This document shows, in pieces, positions 7,207 through 15,050 of a stretch of DNA of 32,000 nucleotides. Numbering within the stretch: the stretch's first letter is position 1; each line of letters opens with the position of its first letter. The stretch covers positions 480,001 through 512,000 of the forward strand of contig CP010424.1 in assembly GCA_000830275.1 (NCBI GenBank). Direction: 5' to 3'. The position numbers and the translations under genes were made by a program. Below the pieces are notes generated by a model, which saw only the letters and a list, made by a program, of their open reading frames with translations, did no database searches and was not told the DNA's origin. This DNA comes from an archaeon GW2011_AR10. Its GTDB lineage: Archaea > Iainarchaeota > Iainarchaeia > Iainarchaeales > GW2011-AR10.

Positions 7207-8325
7207 GTGAGCAAAAAAATTCTTGTAACAGGAGGCGCGGGATTCATTGGCAGTCACCTCGTTGATGGATTAGTAAAAGAAGGGCATGAGGTGAGAGTCC
7301 TGGACAATTTGGACAAGCAGGTGCATGTCAGCGGGAAAAAGCCGGATTTTCTAAACAAGAAAGCCGAATTCGTGCAGGGGGATGTGAGGAACAAGGAAAA
7401 CATTGCAAAGGCGCTTGAAGGAGTTGAAGCGGTTTTCCATTTTGCTTCAACAGTCGGAGTAGGGCAAAGCATGTACGAAATTAATTATTATGTTGATACA
7501 AACAACGGTGGAACTGCTAACTTAATGGAGTGGATTGTGAACAAGGAAAATGAAGTGAAAAAAATAATTGTTGCAGCATCCATGAGTTCTTACGGGGAAG
7601 GCTTATACAAATGCGAAAAATGCGGGTTGGTGGAACCAGAAATAAGGGGCACGGAACAACTGAATAAAAAAAAATGGGAGCTGCTGTGCAAAACCTGCGG
7701 TTCAGTGTTAAGGCCTGTGCCAACTCCTGAAAGCAAAACACAGCACTGCAACAGCATTTACGCTTTAACAAAAAAAGACCAGGAGGAAATGGTTTTGATG
7801 CTTGGAAAAGCCTACGGGATTCCAAGCGTTGCACTGCGATTCTTCAACGTTTACGGTACAAGGCAGCAGTTAAGCAACCCCTACACTGGCGTTGCAGCAA
7901 TTTTCATGAGCAGAATAATGAACAAACAGCAGCCGGTTGTTTACGAGGACGGAATGCAGACACGCGATTTTATTTCAGTGCATGATGTTGTTGAGGCAAA
8001 CATTCTTGCACTTAATTCAAAAAAAGCAGATTACGGGGCTTTCAATGTGGGAAGCGGGAAGGCCTATTCAATCAAAGGAGTAGCTGAAACAATTGCGAAA
8101 GCTTACGGCTCAAACATTAAGCCAAAGGTATTGAACACTTTCAGGAAAGGGGATGTAAGGCACTGCTATGCTGATACAAGCAAGATAAGGAGAGCTCTTG
8201 GCTTTGAGCCAAAAGTTTCGTTAGAGCAAGGAATGAAAGAACTCATAAATTGGAGCAGGGGCGTTAAAGCGCAGGACAATTTTGAAAAAGCAAAAGGCGA
8301 GCTTCAAAAGCGCGGATTAATCTGA
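7207..8325 (+). CDS. NAD-dependent sugar epimerase/dehydratase (extended SDR) with a Cys4 insertion
   Basis: GGAGFIGSHL Rossmann motif and a YALTK (YxxxK) catalytic pair. CEKC...CKTC is inserted between the catalytic Ser region and the Tyr. GTG start. Confidence 0.85.
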   Translation: MSKKILVTGGAGFIGSHLVDGLVKEGHEVRVLDNLDKQVHVSGKKPDFLNKKAEFVQGDVRNKENIAKALEGVEAVFHFASTVGVGQSMYEINYYVDTNNGGTANLMEWIVNKENEVKKIIVAASMSSYGEGLYKCEKCGLVEPEIRGTEQLNKKKWELLCKTCGSVLRPVPTPESKTQHCNSIYALTKKDQEEMVLMLGKAYGIPSVALRFFNVYGTRQQLSNPYTGVAAIFMSRIMNKQQPVVYEDGMQTRDFISVHDVVEANILALNSKKADYGAFNVGSGKAYSIKGVAETIAKAYGSNIKPKVLNTFRKGDVRHCYADTSKIRRALGFEPKVSLEQGMKELINWSRGVKAQDNFEKAKGELQKRGLI

Positions 8326-8341
8326 TTTTTCGGCGAGAACA

Positions 8342-9460
8342 ATGAAAATATTCTACATAACAAGTGTGTTGGGTGACAGTGGAGGAAGCGAAATTTATGC
8401 GCGCGATTTGCTCCTAGAACTGCAGAGGCGCGGCCACGAGCTCTGCGTTTATTCAACGGAGCACTATGAGCTGAAAGGCGTAAAAATGGTTTTTGCTCCA
8501 AGCGCTGGGCACCACGCGTTCAGAAAATTTTTTGGGGTGCTGAGTTACTTTAAGGCATTGAAGGCAGCGCAGGAATTCAAGCCGGATTTGGTGCAAAGCC
8601 ACAGCAATTCAATGATGGGGCTTATAGGGCATTTTTTGAAAAGGAAGCTGAAGGTGCCGCACGTGATGCTGGTTGAATTAATCAGCTCGAGGAATTTGAA
8701 CATTCACACGAAAACTATTTTTGAGCTGGAAAAGTTTTTCCTGCCGAAGCTGAATTACGATAAAATTGTTGTGTGGACAGAGAACATGAAAAAAAACTTT
8801 CTTTTGAAGTGGAATGTTCCTGCAAAAAAAATTGTAGTGCAGCCTGCAGCGGTTAAACTGCGCAATTATCCCTTGAATGTGAGCGGTGAACGCATTAAAA
8901 AAAAATACGGAGAGCATTTGATTACTTCCATCAAAACCCTGTGGGGAACAAATGCTGAAGGGCTGAAGTATGTAATTGAGGCAATGAAGTATGTCAAGGA
9001 AAAGCATCCAGAATACAAGTATGTTGTTTTTGGCGACGGGAATTATCGAAAAATGCTAGAGGAATTTGCGATAGAGAAAGGAGTGAGCGATGTTGTGAAA
9101 TTTGCTGGAGCAATTACCCCGGAACAGGCAAGAGAAGTGTGGGCAGCAACAGAAATTGCCCCACATTCATTTGTTTACGAGTTTTCAACATCAGTTTCCC
9201 TGCTGGAGTACATGGCTGCAGGAAAGGCGTGCGTTGTAACTGATATTGGCAGCGTTCAAGAATTTGTGGGAAATGCAGCGCTTGTTGTTAAGCCGAATGA
9301 TGCAAAAGCAATGGCCGCAGGAATCAACAAACTTATTGAGGATAAAAAAAAGCGCACAGAGCTTGGTGCAAAGGCAAGGAAGCTTGTTGAGGAACGCTAC
9401 TCAATTAAAGCAACTGTTGACAGGCTGGAGCAAATTTATTCGGAGTTGAAAAAGCGCTGA
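8342..9460 (+). CDS. Glycosyltransferase, GT4 family (GT-B fold)
   Basis: N-terminal GDSGGSEIY motif and a C-terminal EX7E-type motif (EFSTSVSLLEYMAAGKACV). Confidence 0.85.
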   Translation: MKIFYITSVLGDSGGSEIYARDLLLELQRRGHELCVYSTEHYELKGVKMVFAPSAGHHAFRKFFGVLSYFKALKAAQEFKPDLVQSHSNSMMGLIGHFLKRKLKVPHVMLVELISSRNLNIHTKTIFELEKFFLPKLNYDKIVVWTENMKKNFLLKWNVPAKKIVVQPAAVKLRNYPLNVSGERIKKKYGEHLITSIKTLWGTNAEGLKYVIEAMKYVKEKHPEYKYVVFGDGNYRKMLEEFAIEKGVSDVVKFAGAITPEQAREVWAATEIAPHSFVYEFSTSVSLLEYMAAGKACVVTDIGSVQEFVGNAALVVKPNDAKAMAAGINKLIEDKKKRTELGAKARKLVEERYSIKATVDRLEQIYSELKKR

Positions 9461-9479
9461 ATTCGATTTTTGCACTAGG

Positions 9480-9504
9480 TTGCATTGTTTTTTAAAGGCT
9501 TTTT
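9480..9504. promoter_or_regulatory. Repeated intergenic motif, copy 3 (25-nt core ttgcattgTTTTTTAAAGGcttttt)
   Basis: Identical core to copies 1 and 2. It lies 20 nt after the GT4 stop, and its TATA-like box is about 36 nt before the rmlB ATG. Confidence 0.45.
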
Positions 9505-9528
9505 CCAGCTTTTTTATGTAAGGGTTTT

Positions 9529-10518
9529 ATGGATAGAGTGCTGGTTACTGGAGGTGCGGGGTTCATTGGCAGCAACTTCATTCGCTACTTGGCGGAAACC
9601 CATCCTGAAACGGAAATCGTGAATTTGGATAAACTGACTTATGCCGGGAACCTGGAAAATTTAAGGGATTTGAAGGGAAACAAAAATTACTCGTTCATTA
9701 AAGGCGACATCTGCGACAAAAAAGTTGTGGCAAAGGCAATGAAGGGCTGTGATGTGGTTGTCAATTTTGCTGCTGAAAGCCATGTGGACAGGAGCATTGA
9801 GGAGCCTGCTTCCTTCATTAAAACAGACGTTTTTGGTGCTTATGTTCTGCTGGAGGAAGCTAGGAAGCAGGATGTGGAGAAGGTTATTCAGATTAGTACT
9901 GATGAAGTATACGGCAGCATTCAGAAAGGTTCCTTCACAGAGGAAAGTGTGCTGAATCCAACTAATCCTTACTCTGCTTCAAAGGCAGGGGCAGACAGGC
10001 TTGCTTTCAGCTATTTTGCAACTTATGGTTTGCCTGTAATTATTACAAGAAGTTCTAATAATTATGGGCCTTATCAGTTTCCTGAAAAAGTCATTCCGCT
10101 TTTCATTACTAACCTTATTCAGGGAAAAAAGGTGCCGCTTTACGGAGATGGCCTGAATGTTAGGGACTGGCTTTATGTGATGGATAACTGCGAGGCAATT
10201 GATTTGGCGCTGAGGAAAGGAAAGAATGGGGAGGTTTACAACATTGGCGGCGGCAGCGAGAAAACAAATCTTGAGTTAACGAGATTTATTTTGAGGGAAA
10301 TTGGAAAAGGAGAAGAAATGATTGAGCACGTTAAGGACAGGTTAGGACATGACAGGCGATACAGCTTAAGCTTTGAAAAAATCGCTTTCCTTGGCTATAA
10401 ACCAAAGAAAACATTTGAAAACAGAATGCGTGAAACAATTCAATGGTACAAGAAAAATAAGAAATGGTGGATTCCGCTACTCAAAAAAGCTGCATTTGAA
10501 AGGAAAAGCGTTTCATAG
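9529..10518 (+). CDS. rfbB: dTDP-glucose 4,6-dehydratase
   Basis: VLVTGGAGFIGSNF, NLDKLTYAGNLENL, AAESHVDRSI, YSASKAGAD and NNYGPYQFPEKVIPL closely match the well-known RmlB sequence pattern. Confidence 0.9.
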   Translation: MDRVLVTGGAGFIGSNFIRYLAETHPETEIVNLDKLTYAGNLENLRDLKGNKNYSFIKGDICDKKVVAKAMKGCDVVVNFAAESHVDRSIEEPASFIKTDVFGAYVLLEEARKQDVEKVIQISTDEVYGSIQKGSFTEESVLNPTNPYSASKAGADRLAFSYFATYGLPVIITRSSNNYGPYQFPEKVIPLFITNLIQGKKVPLYGDGLNVRDWLYVMDNCEAIDLALRKGKNGEVYNIGGGSEKTNLELTRFILREIGKGEEMIEHVKDRLGHDRRYSLSFEKIAFLGYKPKKTFENRMRETIQWYKKNKKWWIPLLKKAAFERKSVS

Positions 10519-10538
10519 GTAAAAAAAGTGAAATTAAA

Positions 10539-10739
10539 ATGAAACTGAAAAAGAAGCATTGGCTAATCCTTTATTTAGTTTTTGTTGGAATTCCAGCAAT
10601 TGTTTTTAGTGGTTCACTTTACTTTTTTGCTACTAGTGATCCTGAATTAGCAATTACAATTGCTCTTGGAGCAGCAGTTGTACTAGTTTTTTTTGTTTGG
10701 TTATTAAAGAACTTTAGAAGCTTATTAAGGGGTTTTTAG
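10539..10739 (+). CDS. Small membrane protein (66 aa, two predicted TM helices)
   Basis: ORF track. There are two hydrophobic stretches. Its stop TAG (10737-10739) overlaps the GTG start of the next gene. Confidence 0.5.
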   Translation: MKLKKKHWLILYLVFVGIPAIVFSGSLYFFATSDPELAITIALGAAVVLVFFVWLLKNFRSLLRGF

Positions 10740-11344
10740 TGGCAAGGAGAAGAAGTCGTCGAGATGATGAATTAGTAGTAGGATTTCTATTTATTTTATA
10801 TTTAATTATATTAATTCTCGCTTTAATTTACTTGGTAATAACTTCTACTATTGCTTGGATTAGCGAAAACTTGCTTTTGGTAATTCTTATAGGAATTCCA
10901 TTAATGTTGATTGTGGCAATAGTTGTTGGAGTTGGTGGCTACTATTTTTTAAAACGTAGAAATGAACGCTCAGAACAACTTTATTATCAAGTTGTTGATG
11001 CAATAAAAGAATTTAAGCCATCCAAAAAATGGTCGCATGAGGAAGGTTATCATGCAGAACTTCAACGTGAGCTGAAAAATCATTTTAAAAATGCAATGGT
11101 AGAAATTCAAAAGGGTTCTTCAAGACCTGATATTGTAATTGATGATATTGCAATAGAAGTTAAAGGGCCAACTGGAGCAAGTGAATTAGAAACCATCCCA
11201 AACAAAGTTATGCGATATGGCCTGCATTTTAGAAAAGCTTTGATTATTGTTTTGTTTGATCTTCGAGCAAGTGACAGATATTATAAGGAGTGGTTAGAAG
11301 CTTTGAAGCGACAGTTTCCAGAAGTGGAGGTAATAAAAAAGTGA
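10739..11344 (+). CDS. Membrane-anchored PD-(D/E)xK nuclease-fold candidate: two N-terminal TM helices plus a ~120-aa soluble domain
   Basis: The TM segments are at about aa 13-36 and 44-70. The C-terminal domain has HEEGYHAEL (helix with an acidic residue), then SRPDIVIDDIAIEVKG, which fits the PD...ExK pattern (D131, E140, K142). Confidence 0.6.
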   Translation: MARRRSRRDDELVVGFLFILYLIILILALIYLVITSTIAWISENLLLVILIGIPLMLIVAIVVGVGGYYFLKRRNERSEQLYYQVVDAIKEFKPSKKWSHEEGYHAELQRELKNHFKNAMVEIQKGSSRPDIVIDDIAIEVKGPTGASELETIPNKVMRYGLHFRKALIIVLFDLRASDRYYKEWLEALKRQFPEVEVIKK

Positions 11345-11420
11345 GAAGAAATAAAATCCATAAAAAATACTGCTTTAAGTAAACTTCAAAAGAAGCTCAA
11401 GAAAAAGGGAGGTGGATAAA

Positions 11421-11597
11421 ATGTATGATCCATTCGGTACAAGGAAAAAAAGAAAATCCGCTGATAGAAGAGCAGGAACAAGAAATGTGCCCCATGTAGG
11501 AAAAGCACCTAGAGCTCGCACAGCAAAAGGAAGCTGGAGGAAAAAAAGAAAAGATGCTGGCAAAAAAAGACGCAGAAAAAGCATTTGGGGATTTTGA
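11421..11597 (+). CDS. Very basic small protein (58 aa, Arg/Lys-rich)
   Basis: ATG at 11421 is preceded by GGGAGGTGGAT (SD-like) 6-7 nt upstream. Sequence: MYDPFGTRKKRKSADRRAGTRNVPHVGKAPRARTAKGSWRKKRKDAGKKRRRKSIWGF. A competing antisense ORF exists. Confidence 0.35.
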   Translation: MYDPFGTRKKRKSADRRAGTRNVPHVGKAPRARTAKGSWRKKRKDAGKKRRRKSIWGF

Positions 11598-11614
11598 AAT
11601 CTGAATTTGAAATC

Positions 11615-12079
11615 TTACTTTTTATATGAATGGTAACTGAGTAGCCCCCATATAAGCCCTAGAAGAGCAGTAACTATAAAATAAGGAAGGACATTCTGCC
11701 TAGATTCATCCCACTTTTTAAAAGTTTCAATCCTATACTCTAGGTCATCTGTATACTTTTTTTCGAAAAAATTTATCTCCCTGTAATCAGCACGCATAAT
11801 TCGTTGGTTTTCTTCATCTGCCAAATTTATGTTCTTTGTAAAAGCAGGACCAAATAAAGTTTCATCTTTAGTCTTAAGGTAAGCATATGCGCTAATCTCT
11901 TTTTCAAATTGTTCGTGTTTGTCTCCAAGTTCATCAATATAATGAGTCAAATCACAATAATATTGGGTATCTTTTACAAATGCGTCTCCAAGTTTTATGA
12001 TATCTTTTGTGCAATAAAACTCTTTCTGAAATTCCAATTCAGTGTAGTCAGCAAGGATGCTCCAAGTATTTTTTTCCAT
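11615..12079 (-). CDS. Hypothetical protein with a C-terminal TM anchor (154 aa)
   Basis: ORF track, ATG start. The body is acidic and soluble, followed by LPYFIVTALLGLIWGLLSY near the C-terminus. Confidence 0.55.
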   Translation of the reverse strand: MEKNTWSILADYTELEFQKEFYCTKDIIKLGDAFVKDTQYYCDLTHYIDELGDKHEQFEKEISAYAYLKTKDETLFGPAFTKNINLADEENQRIMRADYREINFFEKKYTDDLEYRIETFKKWDESRQNVLPYFIVTALLGLIWGLLSYHSYKK

Positions 12080-12096
12080 TAATTTTTGTATATTAA

Positions 12097-12132
12097 AATG
12101 ACGTCCTCCCCTGCCTAAAGGCAGGGGTATCC
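12097..12132. repeat. Conserved hairpin motif, copy B (aatgaGACGTCc-tCCCCTGCC-taaa-GGCAGGGG-tatcc)
   Basis: 8-bp stem (12108-12115 / 12120-12127) with a 4-nt loop. It is enclosed by a 9-nt inverted repeat, atgacgtcc (12098-12106) / ggacgtcat (12144-12152). Confidence 0.5.
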
Positions 12133-12170
12133 CAACATTTAATGGACGTCATGAACCCGTCAACGGAAAA

Positions 12171-12212
12171 GATACCGAGGCCTACAAACCTCGGCTTAAA
12201 AGCCGAGGTATC
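12171..12212. other. Hairpin with two mutually exclusive pairings; it shares the GGTATC 3' tail with the hairpin motif family
   Basis: CCTCGG (12189-12194) can pair either with CCGAGG (12175-12180) upstream or, as CCTCGGC (12189-12195), with GCCGAGG (12202-12208) downstream. GATAC (12171-12175) is complementary to GTATC (12208-12212). Confidence 0.4.
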
Positions 12213-12315
12213 TTTTGGGTTGAATCAAAAGAGCTCTAGGATTAGCTCAATCAAATCCAGAGCAATTAACTGATAGGGAACTCTGGATTCTGGAAGAGTT
12301 TGGAGGTGATTCTTA

Positions 12316-12468
12316 ATGCGAGCTTTGGTTTTGTTCTTTTTTAGCATTGTCTTTTTCCCCACAATATTTCTTCTTGATGCATTTGGTTTTCAAGAAGAAG
12401 CAATTGAGATTTCAACTCATATTGCAGCATTTTTCTCAGGAATGCTGGTTTGGGAGTTGGTGTTATGA
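12316..12468 (+). CDS. Small hydrophobic protein (50 aa)
   Basis: Hand-translated: MRALVLFFFSIVFFPTIFLLDAFGFQEEAIEISTHIAAFFSGMLVWELVL. A strong SD-like GGAGGTGA lies 7 nt upstream of the ATG. Its stop overlaps the ATG at 12465 (ATGA). Confidence 0.4.
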   Translation: MRALVLFFFSIVFFPTIFLLDAFGFQEEAIEISTHIAAFFSGMLVWELVL

Positions 12469-13382
12469 ATTCCGCACCGGAAATGTGGTGTCTGAAAGCC
12501 CATATAACTGCCTCAAAATTCAATAGTACAATGAATGGAGAAAAATATGAAATCACTAAAGAGTATATTGAGAAAGAATATTTTCAGAATGGGCTATCAC
12601 AATATGAAATAGCCAAAAAGGTTGGTTGTTCGCAGACAATTATAAGTGACAGAATGATAAAATTTGGTCTGAAAACAAAAGAAAAAACATGGAAGTTATG
12701 GAAACATATTTACTCGGTCGACGAAACATATTTTGATGAATTGAATGATGAGAATGCTTGGGTCCTAGGATGGCTGGCTAGCGATGGATATGTGATAATT
12801 AGAAATAATTCCCACCTTTTTGGATTAAAACTAGCAGAAAAAGACAAAGAAATAATTTATAAGATTAAAGACCTCTTAAATTTCAATGGCGTTTTATATA
12901 AAGTAAAACAAAAATTGGAAAAAACAGGCAAAGAATACAATCAAATACAGATAAAAATAACCAGCAAGCAAATTGTTAAAAATCTAGAAAAATACGGTGT
13001 TGTACAGAACAAGTCAAAGATAATAAAATTTCCAAAAATTATTGAGGAATTAAACAATGAGTTAATTACAAAAAATTTTATATTAGGAGTATTTGAAGGA
13101 GATGGAAGTGTTCTTTTTGATGAAAAGTATAGTTCACCATGCTTTCAAATTGTCGGGACAAAAGAATTGCTCACAGGCATACAAAAACAATTAATAAAAT
13201 ATTTGGGTATTAGCAAGACAAAATTAACAAAAAACTCATTATTAGGCAACCATTATATGTTAAGATATAGAGGAAGATTCCAAGCAGTCAGGATATTCGA
13301 TTGGCTTTATTTGAACCAAAAACACTATTTAAAAAGAAAATACAGAAAATACATAGATATCAAAAGGAGATTAAGTCTATGA
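12465..13382 (+). CDS. Free-standing double-motif LAGLIDADG homing endonuclease with an N-terminal HTH
   Basis: Two LAGLIDADG-type motifs (VLGWLASDGYV and ILGVFEGDGSV) about 100 aa apart. The HTH-like segment is LSQYEIAKKVGCSQTIISDRM. The start is uncertain: 12465 is favoured by the ATGA coupling, and 12531 is the alternative. Confidence 0.8.
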   Translation: MNSAPEMWCLKAHITASKFNSTMNGEKYEITKEYIEKEYFQNGLSQYEIAKKVGCSQTIISDRMIKFGLKTKEKTWKLWKHIYSVDETYFDELNDENAWVLGWLASDGYVIIRNNSHLFGLKLAEKDKEIIYKIKDLLNFNGVLYKVKQKLEKTGKEYNQIQIKITSKQIVKNLEKYGVVQNKSKIIKFPKIIEELNNELITKNFILGVFEGDGSVLFDEKYSSPCFQIVGTKELLTGIQKQLIKYLGISKTKLTKNSLLGNHYMLRYRGRFQAVRIFDWLYLNQKHYLKRKYRKYIDIKRRLSL

Positions 13383-14104
13383 AAGGAGTTATACTTGCAG
13401 GAGGCCACGGAACCAGGTTGATGCCCCTAACAAAAACTGTCAATAAGCATTTGCTTCCAGTTTACAACAGGCCGATGATTTACTATCCGATTGAAACTTT
13501 AACAAAAGCCGGTATCAAGGAAATCTTGATTGTTACAGGAAGCGATCATGCAGAAGGATTCTCAAAACAGTTAGGTAATGGGAAAGAATTCGGATGCAAT
13601 TTCACTTATGAACTGCAGGACAGTGCAGCAGGAATTGCCGATGCATTAAGGCTTGCAGAGGATTTTGCCGATGGAGAGAAAATAGTTGTAATTTTAGGAG
13701 ACAATATTTTTGAAGATGATATTTCAAAATACGTGAAGGAATTCGAGAAAGGAAATGATGAGGCTGCCATTTTCCTGAAGGAAGTTCCTGATCCACATAG
13801 GTTTGGAGTGCCTGAGCTACAGGGAGAGAAGGTTTTGGGGATTGAGGAAAAGCCAAAGAAGCCCAAATCAAATTTTGCTATTGTTGGTTTGTATATGTAT
13901 GATGAGAAAGTGTTTGACATTATTAAAAATCTGAAGCCATCTGCACGCGGAGAGTATGAAATAACTGATGTGAACAACGCATACCTGAAAAAAGGCAAGA
14001 TGAAAGCAGTGAGATTGAAGGGATTCTGGACAGATGCAGGAACTTTTGAATCCTTGTACAGGGCAGCACAGCTTGTAAAGGAAAAAGAAGACAAGAAAAG
14101 CTGA
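13379..14104 (+). CDS. rfbA: Glucose-1-phosphate thymidylyltransferase (short form)
   Basis: MKGVILAGGHGTRLMPLTKTVNKHLLPVYNRPMIYYPIETL closely follows the RmlA N-terminal consensus. AAGGAG lies 8 nt upstream. The ATG overlaps the endonuclease stop (ATGA). Confidence 0.85.
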   Translation: MKGVILAGGHGTRLMPLTKTVNKHLLPVYNRPMIYYPIETLTKAGIKEILIVTGSDHAEGFSKQLGNGKEFGCNFTYELQDSAAGIADALRLAEDFADGEKIVVILGDNIFEDDISKYVKEFEKGNDEAAIFLKEVPDPHRFGVPELQGEKVLGIEEKPKKPKSNFAIVGLYMYDEKVFDIIKNLKPSARGEYEITDVNNAYLKKGKMKAVRLKGFWTDAGTFESLYRAAQLVKEKEDKKS

Positions 14105-14109
14105 TTCTG

Positions 14110-14979
14110 ATGAACACATCAATTGTTGTAATGACGCATAACAGGAAAAATGTGCTGGAGCAAACCATCAACGGAATGCTGGAACAGGATTTTCAAGGAA
14201 GATTTGAAATAATTGTTGTTAATGACGGCAGCACTGATGGCACCAAACAAATGCTGTGGGAGAAATTCCAAAACAACAAAAAAGTTGTCGTTTTGAACCA
14301 GCATAGGAGCTTTCCGTGCAAGGCAAGAAACAACGGCATACGGAAAGCAAAGTTTGAATTTGTTGTGATAATGGATGATGACTGCATTCCTAGCAGGAAC
14401 TGGCTCAAAAATTTGATTGACGGTTTTAATTCAGAGAAAATCGGGGTTGTGAGTTCTTTTGATTTGTATGGTGGCACTTCAACTGCTTTCAGGAAAAGCG
14501 TTCTGGAAAAAATTGGGGGCTATGACGAGCAGTACCGATATTATCGTGAGGACACTGACTTGGTGTTCAGGGTTTTGGATGCAGGCTATGAGGCAAAACT
14601 GGTTAAGGCAGACTTCACACACGAGCACAAAATGGAGGCACCGAAAGGACTGCTTGGATTGGTTGCTTACGGTTTGGAGAGAGCAGCCTATCACATGAAT
14701 GACGTGCTGCTTTACAAAAAGCACCCAAAGCTCGCAAAAGAGTTTCTTGGGGTGAGATTTGGTTTTCTGGTTTCTCCGGCAAAGGATTTTGCGGCTGCAA
14801 CAAACCAGTGGTTTAAGGGCGGGAAAATGAAGCTGGCTTCACCGCGCGGAATTGTTTTCCTTGAGGGAAAAAATTTTGCGGCAAAAGCACTGATCGTGAT
14901 TGGAGGAATTTCATGGGTTTTCACTGTCAAATTTTTCAGGCTGATTGCAAGCATCAGGTTCTGGAAGCTGCTGGTTTAA
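14110..14979 (+). CDS. Glycosyltransferase, GT2 family
   Basis: IVVMTHNR...IIVVNDGSTDGT and a DDD (DxD-type) motif. Confidence 0.85.
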   Translation: MNTSIVVMTHNRKNVLEQTINGMLEQDFQGRFEIIVVNDGSTDGTKQMLWEKFQNNKKVVVLNQHRSFPCKARNNGIRKAKFEFVVIMDDDCIPSRNWLKNLIDGFNSEKIGVVSSFDLYGGTSTAFRKSVLEKIGGYDEQYRYYREDTDLVFRVLDAGYEAKLVKADFTHEHKMEAPKGLLGLVAYGLERAAYHMNDVLLYKKHPKLAKEFLGVRFGFLVSPAKDFAAATNQWFKGGKMKLASPRGIVFLEGKNFAAKALIVIGGISWVFTVKFFRLIASIRFWKLLV

Positions 14980-15050
14980 GGCCTGTCTTCGGCTATTGTA
15001 CCATGCGGCTTTATTAAAATTATTTGATTGGATTATTTAGTGCTGGTTAA

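Noticed and set aside
11375-11584. Minus-strand 69-aa hydrophobic ORF opposite the basic-peptide ORF.
   Set aside because: It is the mirror image of a purine-rich stretch and has no SD-like or TATA-like signal. The plus-strand ATG has a GGAGGTG box. Neither ORF is strongly supported.
12212-12231. Hairpin CTTTTG-ggttgaat-CAAAAG, whose loop resembles a tRNA T-loop (GTTCGAATC). I considered a tRNA or split-tRNA gene.
   Set aside because: The loop is 8 nt, no complementary acceptor stem (TAGAGCT) lies upstream, and no D-arm or 7-nt anticodon loop is found in the preceding 100 nt on either strand.
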